A DNA stretch of 63,844 bases, filler included, from Octopus bimaculoides (lineage: Eukaryota), in the NCBI RefSeq assembly GCF_001194135.2. It is 5 parts of 5 records of this genome, joined end to end, with 100 filler letters (N's around TTAATTAATTAA, not from the genome) between each part and the next. Parts side by side here need not be neighbours in the genome. Positions count along the whole stretch, not along the records: positions 36,199 to 51,633 come from NC_069004.1; positions 51,734 to 58,064 come from NC_068995.1; positions 58,165 to 63,844 come from NC_068988.1; 2 more parts are not named here. One strand, given 5' to 3'. Both the position numbers and the translations under genes were made by a program. This document shows positions 49,141 through 62,980 of this stretch, one piece after another. Each line of letters starts with the position of its first letter. Position 1 is the stretch's first letter. The notes under the pieces were generated by a model. The model saw nothing but the letters and a program-made list of their open reading frames with translations, did no database searches and was not told where the DNA came from.

Positions 49141-49691
49141 TTACGACCGTAAACTTTAAAGAAAATACTACGTCCGGAGGAAGAACAAAAAAAAAAAAGA
49201 ATACAATACAAACAAGGATGTCCTTAAGTTTTCTAAAGGGACAAACAACGATCTTTCAAATGTTTATATTTAGTAATGTTTGTCTTTCATTTAAAAAACA
49301 ATAAATGTTTGTCCAAAATATATATTTAACAATTTGTTCAATTCAAAATAATTATGACTCTACCAGAGTATGGACAACAAAACAAGAATCCTCAACGTAA
49401 CATTTTTTCATAAAGAATCCAGAGGAATCACTACCAAAATTAAATCAGACAATACTGTCCTTGTTATACTAAAAACGTCCTGGTTAGATCTACATACTTA
49501 AAGCGCAACTGTTTGTTTCTATAGAAAATACAATGACATTCAGGATTGTATTGTATTCTGTCATTTCTGGCTTCTGTTTGTATTTTCTATTGAGTTTATG
49601 GTTGTAATATGATGCAGGATCACCCTAAATAGCTCTATATTCAATGGGTTTCCAAATTTCTGCTTTTACTCACCATGTACTTTACAACAGT

Positions 49692-50065
49692 GGAGGCGCA
49701 ATGGCCCAGTGGTTAAGGCAGCGGACTCGCGGTTTCGATTCCCAGACCGGGCGTTGTGAGTGTTTATTGAGCGAAAACACCTAAAACTCCACAAGGCTCC
49801 GGCAGGGGATGGTGGCGAACCCTGCTGTACTCTTCCACCACAACTTTCTCTCACTCTTACTTCCTGTTTCTGTTGTGCCTGTAATTCAAAAGGGTCAGCT
49901 TTGTCACACTGTGTCACGCTGAATATCCCCGAGAACTACGTTAAAGGTACACGTGTCTGTGGAGTGCTCAGCCACTTGCACGTTAATTTCACGAGCAGGC
50001 TGTTCCGTTGATCGGATCAACTGGAACCCTCGACGTAGTAAGCGACGGAGTGCCAACAAACAAAC
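49692..50065 (+). mobile_element. Near full-length tRNA SINE
   Basis: ggaggcgcaatggcccagtggttaaggcagcggactcgcggtttcgattccc (A and B boxes)..ggaaccctcgacgtagtaagcgacggagtgccaacaaac. Confidence 0.8.
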
Positions 50066-50133
50066 AACTTTACAACAAACGAAAATATTTTGGCACTCTT
50101 TGTGTTTACGGAAAAAAAGAAAGAAGTTTAAAA

Positions 50134-50529
50134 GGCGCAAGCATGGCTGTGTGGAAAGACGTTTGCTTTCCAACAACATGGTTCTGGGTTCAGTCCTACT
50201 GCAATGGGCAAGAGGCTTCTACAATAGTCCCAGGCCAATTAAAGCTTTGTGAGTGTTTACGGTAGATGAAAACTAAAAGAAGCCCGTCGTGTGTGTGTGC
50301 GTGCGTGCATGTGTGTATAGCTTTATGTTTGTCCCCCACCACCGCTTGACCATGTTGGTTTGTTTACGTCATCCATAACATAGCGGTTCGGCAAAAAAGA
50401 TCGATAAAATAGGTATCAAGCTTTAAAACAAAAAAAAATAGGCACTGGGGAGGATTCATTCTCCTAAAACTCTTCCAGGCGGTACCCAGCATGGCCGTGG
50501 TCTAATTAATGACTGAAAGAAGTAAACGA
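50134..50529 (+). mobile_element. CORE-like SINE, full length
   Basis: Head ggcgcaagcatggctgtgtgg..ctgggttcagtcc; tail ccagcatggccg..gactgaaagaagtaaa. Confidence 0.8.
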
Positions 50530-50548
50530 TAGCAGATTGATATATTTT

Positions 50549-50849
50549 ACATTATTTACATTTGACGGATATTTGTTCTCGTCTTGTTTGTTGTTAACAA
50601 CGTTTCGGCTGATATACCCTCCAGCCTTCTTCAAGTGTCTTGGGGAAATTTCGAACCTAGGTTCTCATTCCTGAGGTATTTTTCAATGTTATTATTATTA
50701 TTATTATTAGTGTTCAGGTCACTGCTTGGAATCGAACTCAGAATCTTGGGGTTAGTAGCCGAAACGTGTTAACAACAACCAAGATGAGGACAAATATCTG
50801 TATAATGTAAATAATGTACAGAATTCCTCATCTCTTAAATATAGAACTG
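50549..50849 (-). mobile_element. Fold-back copy of the hammerhead-bearing tRNA SINE
   Basis: Arms 50549-50610 and 50757-50817 are inverted; core variant UUGAAGA-A-GGCUG..CAGCC-GAAACGUU; B box GAGTTCGATTCC retained. Confidence 0.7.
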
Positions 50850-50965
50850 ATGTATTTTAGTCTATTAATAAAATTAATTTAACAATTATATAACGGAACA
50901 GCTATTTGCCATCAAGAATCACCAGAAAAATGCTAAACTCGGCTTTCATTTATTTGGTGAAGACT

Positions 50966-51082
50966 CAAAATTTTCATTGTACCACGTTGACCTGGTTACT
51001 ATGAAGATTGTTGTCATTGACAACAGGTCACTAGTAAGATTGTTATCTGTGTCCAGGTCACAGCTGTACAATGAAAATTTTG
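50966..51082. repeat. Small MITE-like element with ~30-bp imperfect terminal inverted repeats
   Basis: caaaattttcattgtaccacgttgacctgg / ccaggtcacagctgtacaatgaaaattttg. Confidence 0.7.
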
Positions 51083-51199
51083 ATACCTCATGAAATAAGT
51101 GAAAAGTGAATTTGTGTTCTAGATGGCTAAAAAGTGTGCCTCTCTGATCATGTTTCCTCAGATTTTAGAGAAATGGATATTTTTTAATGAAATTTTCTA

Positions 51200-51345
51200 G
51201 GTGCAGGACTAGCTGTGTGGTAAGTAGCTTGCTTACCAACCACATGGTTCTGGGTTCAGTCCCACTGCATGGCACCTTGGGCAAGTGTCTTCTACTATAG
51301 CCTTGTGAGTGGATTTAGTAGACGGAAACTGAAAGAAGCCCATCA
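51200..51345 (+). mobile_element. CORE-like SINE, 5' part
   Basis: ggtgcaggactagctgtgtggtaagtagcttgcttaccaaccacatgg..gcaccttgggcaagtgtc. Confidence 0.85.
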
Positions 51346-52399
51346 TATATATAAATATGTATATATATATATATGTACATATATATATATATACATATAC
51401 ATATATATACATATATATACATATACAAACAATATATGAGTATATGCATATATACGGCCTCAAACATCTCATACCTTCGCGCTTTAGTTTGCCCTCTATT
51501 ATTTATCTTGTTTCTCTCCATGAAATTCAATTGAATTCAGTTGTTGTCTTAAATTCATACTTATTCATTTTCTAAGCTTCCTAAATTCATGCTACGTTAT
51601 ATTCTATTCACCTAGAATTCATTGCTCTTTTAANNNNNNNNNNNNNNNNNNNNNNNNNNNNNNNNNNNNNNNNNNNNTTAATTAATTAANNNNNNNNNNN
51701 NNNNNNNNNNNNNNNNNNNNNNNNNNNNNNNNNATATATATATATATATATATATACATATATTAGCAACCACACAAATTCAACGTACGTCCCATACTTG
51801 TTTGCCGGGAGGCAACAGTCTACGGCAGTCATGATATCTCCGTGAACCATCGGGTTTTAATAATCTTGAAAGTCATAGACAGTCGAGACAAATTGCTCCA
51901 AATCCCATCCAGGAGCGTAAGTATGCGCGTAATATACTGTTTAAAGAGCGAGATATGTTATGGTTGAAATGACGACTAAATACTTGAGACTGCAGAGGGT
52001 AAACATTTTTGGAGACTCTTGTTCATTTCTTTGTTCACTTCTGAATGATATTCTTGAGCAAGAAATTACTGGCTCTCATAACATAATTTTACCATGTTCT
52101 TTATTTTGCGGGAAACAAGCAATATCTAAAGCATCTCGTTTACTAGCAGCTGTTATGTTATTGCCACCTATGATAATAACATTAATGTTTTCATTACTAA
52201 AATTTGACAAATTGCTTTGTTTGATCAATGACCTTTATTTTTGCTTTGTATTGTACACTGGGGTACGGCCATCGAGCATAGTGCCATGTTTTCGTCTTTG
52301 TAACATGTTAGAAAGGATGAAAGCTAGAAAAGAAATAACAGATGCTGGTATAGCCACATTCTTATATTACATATGGTATAGAGGAAAAGCGTTATCAAA

Positions 52400-52600
52400 T
52401 AAAAGGGCGGTTTCCTTGATTCTATGGTATATATACTTCCAACCGGATGACGCTGGTCTATCGAAGGATAACTCATTTTTGTCTTCTGATTGGATTAGAG
52501 CAACGTGCTCAAGAACAAAATGTATTACCTAACTCAGGAATAGAAATCACAATCTTAATATCATGAATGAAACACCATAATCACTAAACCTTTCGTCTCC
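52400..52600 (-). mobile_element. Diverged tRNA SINE (Meta-like family)
   Basis: Aligns by eye to 6372-6590. Confidence 0.5.
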
Positions 52601-52668
52601 ACTACACTCATACATTCATGTTTATGTGTGTTTGTCTGCGTGTGCATGTGTGACTGTGCGTACATGCT

Positions 52669-52703
<35 letters not shown>

Positions 52704-53231
52704 GTATGTGTATATATGTATGTGTATATATACGCACGAATGAGGATTCGTACTAGATCCATTTTCCGTTTCGCGCATCAATTATAATCCAAAGGAACAC
52801 AACGGAATTGCTGACGTAGATACAGTGAAACTTATACTGTATATATATATATATATATNNNNNNNNNNNNNNNNNNNNNNNNNNNNNNNNNNNNNNNNNN
52901 NNNNNNNNNNNNNNNNNNNNTATAAGGATATACTATCTACTTGCTGGAAATTACTGCCAAAACTCTTATTTCAATCGCCGATACAAAAATAACACGGATA
53001 AATACTACGAGTTTTGACTGTTATTTCCAGCATGTAGACATATTTAGTATGTCATTTGATTAATTTTAATCCTTCAGCAATTTGAAGCTTTTGGGCCTGC
53101 GATCGCCTATATTATTGATTCTGTTATCATCATTTTTAATTGTTACACTAGATAATGATAGAGTCAATAATATTCCCTCGCATATATTTTCTCCTGAATT
53201 ATTTGCTCCGTACTGAAATTATATATATATA

Positions 53232-53482
53232 TGGGAGAATATACGAAAAAACAACAACAGACGAGGACAGGTGGTGTAAATAACAAAAGGATGTATTAGT
53301 ATGACGCTCGGGAATACGGAAAGTCTTTGACGTTTCGAGCTACGCTCTTCAACAGAAAGAATACGGAGACAAGGAGAAAAACACGGAGAAAAAATATTGA
53401 ATAGTGTTCAGTCAACGGTCAATCATAATAATGGCTGATCATAACAATGGCTGACCGGAAGTTAGAAATTCTTTTTTCAGGA
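53232..53482 (-). mobile_element. Hammerhead-bearing short repeat (family 3) inserted in (TA)n
   Basis: (TA)n on both sides; motif at 53324-53360; related copy at 55381-55605 (+) shares gagcgtc.tatta and gtcctc..gttgttg flanks. Confidence 0.6.
53324..53360 (-). ncRNA. Minimal type-I hammerhead motif, family 3 (A6-to-U core substitution)
   Basis: UCUUU CUGUUGA A GAGC gua GCUC GAA ACGU C|AAAGA: 5-bp helix I, 4-bp helix II, ACGU palindrome, GUC triplet. Confidence 0.55.
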
Positions 53483-53540
53483 TATATATATATATATATA
53501 TAAGTATCCCTTCTTTCTCTAACCAAAGGTATTTCTAATC

Positions 53541-54880
53541 ACATCGTAATACTAACGTTGGAATTTGATCACAATACACGTGCTACGCATGTCAGTTGCT
53601 ATTCTCCAAACATGACCAGCACTGGGCAGGAAAATAATGAATTTCACGACCAGCTCCGTGATTTCATCTCCAGTTGTCACCACAGGGATAAACGTATCCT
53701 CAGGGGTGACTTTAACGGTCGTGTTGGTACTGACCATCAGGCATGAGAGGATGTACTTGGTCGCCCAGGTGTTCTAGAATGAGTTCTAGCGGTCTGTGTG
53801 TGCTCTTCATCTGCAGGGAATTCAGTCTAAGCATCATACATACATATTTTCAACAGTGGCATTGTTGCAAGACGACCTGGATGCATCCTAGATCTAAGGA
53901 TTGGTATCTCGTAGACTATGATACAACGCCACTAAGAAGCGAGATATTAAGGACTTTAACATTACACGTTCCTTTCATAATACTTGCTATCTCACTGACT
54001 ATTCTCTTCTCCGTAGTAAGGCTACGTCCAATCTGAAACACAAAAGACTATAAAAGTCGTCATAGCCCTGGCGAATTCATGAGCTGCCAGGCGTGCTCTG
54101 AGACAGATCACGGAGGCTTTGTGGTCTTCCAAGGCTACTGAGCTCTAATAAACTGTTGATAGAAAAAAACTTCTAAAGACACTTATGATGGTCTGAAAAA
54201 CGTGTATGGTCCTCAAGAGCACGGTGTTACTGCTAGTTTTTCATCCAATGGAGGGACACTCATAACTGACTAATCTGAAATCCTGGAACGATGGGAAGAT
54301 CACTTCAAAGCCGTGTTGAAATCCACTTCAGTGCCTAATGATAACGTCATAATGTTTATTCCACAGCACGCTGAAATATCGAAATTGTCTCAGGAGCCAA
54401 CCTTCCTGGAAGTGGTAAACTCTGCGAAAATTAGCTCTTCTGGTAACGCACCTGGCAGAGATGCTATCCCTCCTGAAGTCTACAAGCATGGTGGACAGAA
54501 GTATTTCAAGAAATTGTCTGATCTCTTCATAAATATTTAGATGTCAGGCCGTGTACCACAGGACTTCAAGGATGCCTTAATTCAATATCTTTATAAGAAC
54601 GTAGTAAAGAGAAGTGTCTGTGATAATCATCGTGGGATATCGCTTCTATCTGTTGCTGGTATGATTCTTGCTCGACTCATTATTGGCAATTAGCAGAATC
54701 ATGAAACACGCTGTAAATGATATCTATCCAGAGTCCAGATCAGGTTTCGCTCTGGTCGTGGCACTATCGACATGATCTTTTCCCTCTGACAGAGAATTTA
54801 CGTGAGAAAAATCAAGAGTTGGTCTTGATATTCGTTGAGCTTACTAAGGCCTTCGACACTGTTAACCGGCAAGCACTGTT
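53541..54880 (+). mobile_element. Degenerate RTE (BovB-like) LINE: AP endonuclease and N-terminal RT
   Basis: VSCYSP..GDFNGRVG..TTWMHPRSKDWYLVDY; GNAPGRDAIPPEVYKHGG..VPQDFKDA..NHRGISLLSVAG..GFRSGRGTIDMIF..IFVELTKAFDTVNR; multiple stops and frameshifts. Confidence 0.9.
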
Positions 54881-55347
54881 CCTCTATGGCTCTTGTCGAC
54901 TTACACAAACTGTCATTAAAGATATGGTATATTTGGTGATGGACGTCGGTTATTCAGAGTACAAGTGAGTAATTTGGACTCATTCCGCTTTTGCCCAGGA
55001 TTGACACTTCCCGTTGCAGTCGTCCAAATCGTTTTTGACTTTGATGCCGAAGGACCGATTAAGTGGAATAAACTGACGATAACAAAGTCAGTGTTGAGGG
55101 CAGCTAAATTTAGATTCTCAGAGTACCTTTCCGTTACTTGCATGATAGCAAAACCTGTCATGTCGAATTTTCCCCACACATTTAGAAACAGAAATGTGAA
55201 CAATAATATTTCGCACATGTCGCAGAAAATCATGTGAATTCGTTTTCCATTTATGGTCTGGGATAAATTATACTCATACGTACTCAACGAAAACCCTCTC
55301 TCTCTCTCTCTTTCCCTGACACATATACTAACACACACATATATATA

Positions 55348-55380
<33 letters not shown>

Positions 55381-55385
<5 letters not shown>

Positions 55386-55605
55386 AAGATCTATCTACAC
55401 GTGCATTGCGGCAGATTTTTTTCCCTCCTTCTTCGTTTCCTTTGGACTTTCCTGTTTCTTGTTTCCGAAGAAGCGCTACGCTCGAAACGTTAAATACCTA
55501 CTATTTTCTTTCACTGAGCGTCTTATTAATGCTTTACATGCGCGACATCCTCACATTGTTGTTTTTCTCATGTCAAATTCTCCGGTTTTTAATGAAACAT
55601 AAATG
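55381..55605 (+). mobile_element. Hammerhead-bearing repeat family 3, second copy
   Basis: gttt CCGAAGA AGCG cta CGCT C GAAACGTT aaat at 55461-55494; flanked by (TA)n. Confidence 0.5.
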
Positions 55606-55656
55606 TATATATATATCTATATATTATTGTCATTATTATTATTATTNNNNNNNNNN

Positions 55657-55730
<74 letters not shown>

Positions 55731-56307
55731 CGTATGGTATACCGGTGGTAGGTTACCGGTAAATCACGTTAAGTTTCTTCGTGTTCGTTATGCATTTGGT
55801 TAATAAGAGAGACGGAAGATGGAAGATACGAGATACGAGTTTATTAATCACTATAATCACTATAATTGTTTCGAGCCATTTAGCACCGATCTCCCACGGG
55901 TGAGATACTTAACAACTGCTTTAGCATTACCCGACGAGGGAGTTGTGTTTCTTCAAGTAATTACAAGATGTATCCGCTAAAATAACGACAATTGCACCAT
56001 ACATCTGCTCGGTATGTCAAGTGTCCCACCTGTAAAGGATTGATGGTAGATGAGTCAATCTTCCGTTCATCTTACGTCTCTCTCATTAATCAAATATATA
56101 TATATATATATATATGCGTGCGTGTGGCAATATATCTATCTCTATATCTGTTTATGCGCTTATTCACCCCCTCCCATCCACATACACACACACACACACA
56201 CACACACATATATGTACAAGTATGTATATATTTATTTATTATATATCTATATATCTATATATATATACATTTATTTTTTAATTATTTATTACGGATAGAA
56301 TATAAAC

Positions 56308-56600
56308 GTAGGAATGGCAGTGTGGTAAGAAGCATGATTACCAACCACATGGTTCCGGGTTCAGATGCAGAAAGTTTCTGCTGAGAGAGAAGCAGAGAGA
56401 AATATGTGAGGTACAAATATAGAATGCATTGCAGGTTATTCAAACGAAGCGTGTTATTTATTAATAAGGAGAATAATCTGTCATCCAAATTCCTGTTGTT
56501 TTGTCTGCGTGGAACCATGGGTAAGTGTCGTCTTCTATAGCATCGGGCCGGCCAAGGCCTTGTGAGTGGATTTCGTAGTCGGAAGCTGAAAGAACGTCGT
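56308..56600 (+). mobile_element. CORE-like SINE 5' part, interrupted by ~140 bp
   Basis: Head to ccgggttcag (56364), resuming at tgcgtggaaccatgggtaagtgtc (56506). Confidence 0.7.
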
Positions 56601-57141
56601 GTATATATATATATATACAGTTATTTATTTATCACATATCTACATATCTATATATATACATTTATGTATTTATCATGTGTATGTATGTATNNNNNNNNNN
56701 NNNNNNNNNNNNNNNNNNNNNNNNNNNNNNNNNNNNNNNNNNNNNNNNNNNNNNNNNNNNNNNNNNNNNNNNNNNNNNNNNNNNNNNNNNNNNNNNNNNN
56801 NNNNNNNNNNNNNNNNNNNNNNNNNNNNNNNNNNNNNNNNNNNNNNNNNNNNNNNNNNNNNNNNNNNNNNNNNNNNNNNNNNNNNNNNNNNNNNNNNNNN
56901 NNNNNNNNNNNNNNNNNNNNNNNNNNNNNNNNNNNNNNNNNNNNNNNNNNNNNNNNNNNNNNNNNNNNNNNNNNNNNNNNNNNNNNNNNNNNNNNNNNNN
57001 NNNNNNNNNNNNNNNNNNNNNNNNNNNNNNNNNNNNNNNNNNNNNNNNNNNNNNNNNNNNNNNNNNNNNNNNNNNNNNNNNNNNNNNNNNNNNNNNNNNN
57101 NNNNNNNNNNNNNNNNNNNNNNNNNNNNNNNNNNNNNNNNN

Positions 57142-57175
<34 letters not shown>

Positions 57176-57784
57176 CGGCTCAACCATTGCTTATGTTTGT
57201 GTCTGTGTGTCTGTATGCAGATTTGATAACGACTTCAGTGTCTTATGTAGAGAAACATAGAGACAGAGAGAGAGAGAAAGAGAGAGGGAGAGAGAAAGGA
57301 AAGAAAGAAGGACAGAGACAGACAGATAGGAAAAGAGAATAAAATCTTTTGTGATCTAGAAAGATACTTGTATAAGCTTTATTTCATTCCATGTTCTTCA
57401 CATTTATGAATTCATTAGCGTCTGTTTATATCCGATTTTTCAAAATTATTAGAAATAAGGAATTAGAAACAAATAAATATTCCTTCGAAACGTGGTATGT
57501 ATATATACCTAATATATTTGTACTAAAAATATAAGCAAACACCCAGTATTCGGCAACATGACGATGTTGTATATATTACAACGTTTCCGAATATTTATGT
57601 GTAGAATGGTAGAAATAAACGACTAAAATACATTAAGTGTAATTGCAAACGTGAGTGTGTCCAGAGTACTTTCGCGTGTGTATATAGGCATACATATAGA
57701 TGCGCGTATATATATATCTATGTAGGAAGGAATAGGGATTGTGCACAGACATGCACACTCAAATCTATACATATATGTGTGTGA

Positions 57785-57824
<40 letters not shown>

Positions 57825-58008
57825 ATGTGTGTGTGTGTGAATGTGTGTGTGTTTCAGTATATAGGTTTCTCAATAATTTCACACACGCGAGTGAAGTTTT
57901 ACAGATGTATGAGGAAGAGGATAATAAGGAATAGTAAAAGACGCATATATTTCTGCATATTTTCGTTCCTACTGAATTAAGTACATAAGTATATACGCTT
58001 GTCTGAGC

Positions 58009-58064
<56 letters not shown>

Positions 58065-58935
58065 NNNNNNNNNNNNNNNNNNNNNNNNNNNNNNNNNNNN
58101 NNNNNNNNTTAATTAATTAANNNNNNNNNNNNNNNNNNNNNNNNNNNNNNNNNNNNNNNNNNNNGGCTAAACAACCACAGCTACAATAAAAGCAACTACT
58201 ATCATCTCAAATATCACGACCGCCACCGCCACCGCCACCACCACCACCACCACCAACACCAACACTACTACTACTACTACCAGTTGCTTCCCGTACGTTA
58301 CGAGGTTGGTAAATAAATGCTTATTTCTGAGCATGCCATAAACACTGCACAACCCCATTCTCATGTATGGGATGGGCGTTTGGCCCATGTATGTGTGTAT
58401 GTATGTATGTATGTACGTACGTGTGTGTGTGTGTGTGTGTTGTGTGTGTGTGCATGTATGTATGTATGTATGTATGTATGTATGCATGTATGTCTAGTTT
58501 AAAACATTATGATATATGAAGTGAAGTAGACAATAAAAATACGGAAATAAACTCATAAGAACTTCGAATAGATTAAACCTGCGTTGTGGGTTTCGATTTT
58601 CTTGGGTACCTGTATGATTTTATTTACTTAATAATTTATTAATTTTAATCAACAATGTTTTCGTTTCATTTCAGGTAATTTTCTAGTCATGACAATTAAC
58701 GTGTCTTAAAGCAAAAGGGCATAAGCATCATCACACATTATCATCTCTCCTTCATTTATTCTTCATCTTTTTGGTTCTACATCTTCGCCTCATTTCTCTC
58801 ATCAATGCGATTTTGACTGTATGAGGCCTACTGGAATTACAAATCTACTTATCGTCTACACGTGAGAGTGTAAGAAACACATACAAATACACACACACAC
58901 ACACACACACATACATACATACATACATACATACA

Positions 58936-58968
<33 letters not shown>

Positions 58969-58969
<1 letters not shown>

Positions 58970-59273
58970 GGCGCAGGAGTGGCTGTGTGGTAAGTAGCTT
59001 CCTTACCAACCACATGGTTCCGGGTTCAGTCACAATGCGTGGCACCTTGAGCAAGTGTCTGCTACTATAGCTTCGGGCCGACCAAAGCCTTGTGAGTGGA
59101 TTTGGTAGACGGAAACTGAAAGAAGCCCGTCGTATATATGTACATGCATATATATGTCTGTGTGTGTATATGTTTATGTGTCTGTGTTTGTCTCCCCCAA
59201 CATCGCTTGACAACCGATGCTGGTGTGTTTACGTCCCCGTAACTTAGCGGTTTGGCAAAAGAGACCGATAAAA
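58969..59273 (+). mobile_element. CORE-like SINE, young copy running into a gap
   Basis: ggcgcaggagtggctgtgtggtaagtagc..ccgggttcagtc..gcaccttgagcaagtgtc..gtaacttagcgg. Confidence 0.9.
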
Positions 59274-59927
59274 TNNNNNNNNNNNNNNNNNNNNNNNNNN
59301 NNNNNNNNNNNNNNNNNNNNNNNNNNNNNNNNNNNNNNNNNNNNNNNNNNNNNNNNNNNNNNNNNNNNNNNNNNNNNNNNNNNNNNNNNNNNNNNNNNNN
59401 NNNNNNNNNNNNNNNNNNNNNNNNNNNNNNNNNNNNNNNNNNNNNNNNNNNNNNNNNNNNNNNNNNNNNNNNNNNNNNNNNNNNNNNNNNNNNNNNNNNN
59501 NNNNNNNNNNNNNNNNNNNNNNNNNNNNNNNNNNNNNNNNNNNNNNNNNNNNNNNNNNNNNNNNNNNNNNNNNNNNNNNNNNNNNNNNNNNNNNNNNNNN
59601 NNNNNNNNNNNNNNNNNNNNNNNNNNNNNNNNNNNNNNNNNNNNNNNNNNNNNNNNNNNNNNNNNNNNNNNNNNNNNNNNNNNNNNNNNNNNNNNNNNNN
59701 NNNNNNNNNNNNNNNNNNNNNNNNNNNNNNNNNNNNNNNNNNNNNNNNNNNNNNNNNNNNNNNNNNNNNNNNNNNNNNNNNNNNNNNNNNNNNNNNNNNN
59801 NNNNNNNNNNNNNNNNNNNNNNNNNNNNNNNNNNNNNNNNNNNNNNNNNNNNNNNNNNNNNNNNNNNNNNNNNNNNNNNNNNNNNNNNNNNNNNNATATA
59901 TATATATATATATGAGTGTGTGTATGT

Positions 59928-59970
<43 letters not shown>

Positions 59971-60769
59971 TACATGTATATATGTGTTAGTACTGTTCCC
60001 ATTGTAACAAAAGATATTGACTAAAGGGGGAAAAAGATACAAAAACAGGCAAATAACAACCACGAAAACACCAGAATTTCGTTTTCTTCTCACACGCTCC
60101 AGTGCTAGTTTTGTTTCTCTCGCTACCGTTTCAAACTATAATTTTTCAATATATTTTTCTTTCTCTCGTTGTTTCAGTTGTTCTTTTGTTTTGTTCTTTT
60201 CTATGTGATTTTTATTTTTTTGGTTTTACTCTTTATTTTAGAAAGCATTGTTACTATGGAAACCGAGATACATTTTACTTCATCAGCATCATCTACTTGC
60301 TCTTCTTCGTTTTCTTCATTTCCATTTTAATATCTTTAATTATCCCTGCTCAATTTAAATCTACCAATCAATCTATCTTGATTAATATCTATTTGATCAA
60401 ACAAACGAACGAGACCGATAAATACACACACACACAGGACACGCACATATACATACATCTATACATACACATACACATTTACATATACATATATATGCGT
60501 ATATATACATGCATAGAATGTAAATGTATGAAGACACTCACCTAGATGCATACGTCACACGCAACAGTCAGGCATTCACTCGTACATCACAAAAAAAAAA
60601 TACAAAAGACTTCAAACATGAACATATACGTCTGGGAATATCGTGGATACCCCTACCGCAAATTCATGTAGGATTTTACTTGGCATCGGAGCGGAAAACG
60701 GGTATGTATTAGTAATCTCTGTATTATATACCTGCATACATAATATACATTCAATGATATACGTATGTA

Positions 60770-62073
<1,304 letters not shown>

Positions 62074-62254
62074 GGTTATTTGGAGCAGCGTATGTAATCA
62101 CAGAAATCAGCTCCCCTGCAGATGTGACCATGTGTATCAAGATCGATGTGAAAGACTTCTGGACTTACAGCTTCTCTATGCCTAATTATAAGTTCAACAC
62201 ACACCCATGCACGCACGCACACACGCGCTCACACACAAACTCATACGCACGTAC

Positions 62255-62614
62255 ATATGCGGCTTTGTGGTAAGAAGTTTGCTTCTCAAAAACATGTTCC
62301 CGGTTCAGTCCCATAGCGTGAGAACTTGGGCAAGTATCTTCTGCTATAGCCTCAGAATGATCAAGAACTTGTGAGTAGATTCATTGGACGGAAACTGGAC
62401 GAAGCCCGTCGTGTATGGGCGTGTGTTTGTCCTCCACTACTGCTTGACGACGGATGTTCGTGTTTTTATATCCCCGTAAACTAGCGGTTCAACAGAAGGG
62501 TCCGATAGGCTAGGTACCAGGTTTTATAAATAAATAAGTACTAGGGACGATTCATTCGAATAAAATGTCTTGAACATGGTGCATGGCTGCAGTTTAATGA
62601 CCGAAAAACAAGTA
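62255..62614 (+). mobile_element. CORE-like SINE, full length (diverged)
   Basis: gcggctttgtggtaagaag..ccggttcagtccc..cttgggcaagtatc..ggctgcagtttaatgaccgaaaaacaagtaa. Confidence 0.75.
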
Positions 62615-62946
62615 ACAAACAAAAGACGTGTGTGTGTTTATGTGTCTGTACGGTGGTGCTCCAACGTGGATACAGTCAAATAACTGAAACAAATAAAGAA
62701 ATAGATATATATATATGATCTCACTAAGCCCCATAACCTTTCTTTTTATCAACTACTATTCTTATTCTTTTCTTTTCTCCTCACCATCTTTCCACATTCT
62801 TTTATTTTTCTGATGAAGGACTTGCATCCCGTGCGTCAATATTATTTCCCTTTTTTTTCAAGCGTGAAACTAATACAACATTAAAGCTTTTCCCTTCTGT
62901 GTTATCATGTTTTTTTCTGCACGTTGCCTAAGATATACATACATAC

Positions 62947-62980
<34 letters not shown>

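Noticed and set aside
51960-52532. 190-aa ORF, unusually long for AT-rich DNA
   Set aside because: No recognisable domain, and it runs through two SINE relics (about 52255-52330 and 52400 onward), so it is a mosaic chance frame.
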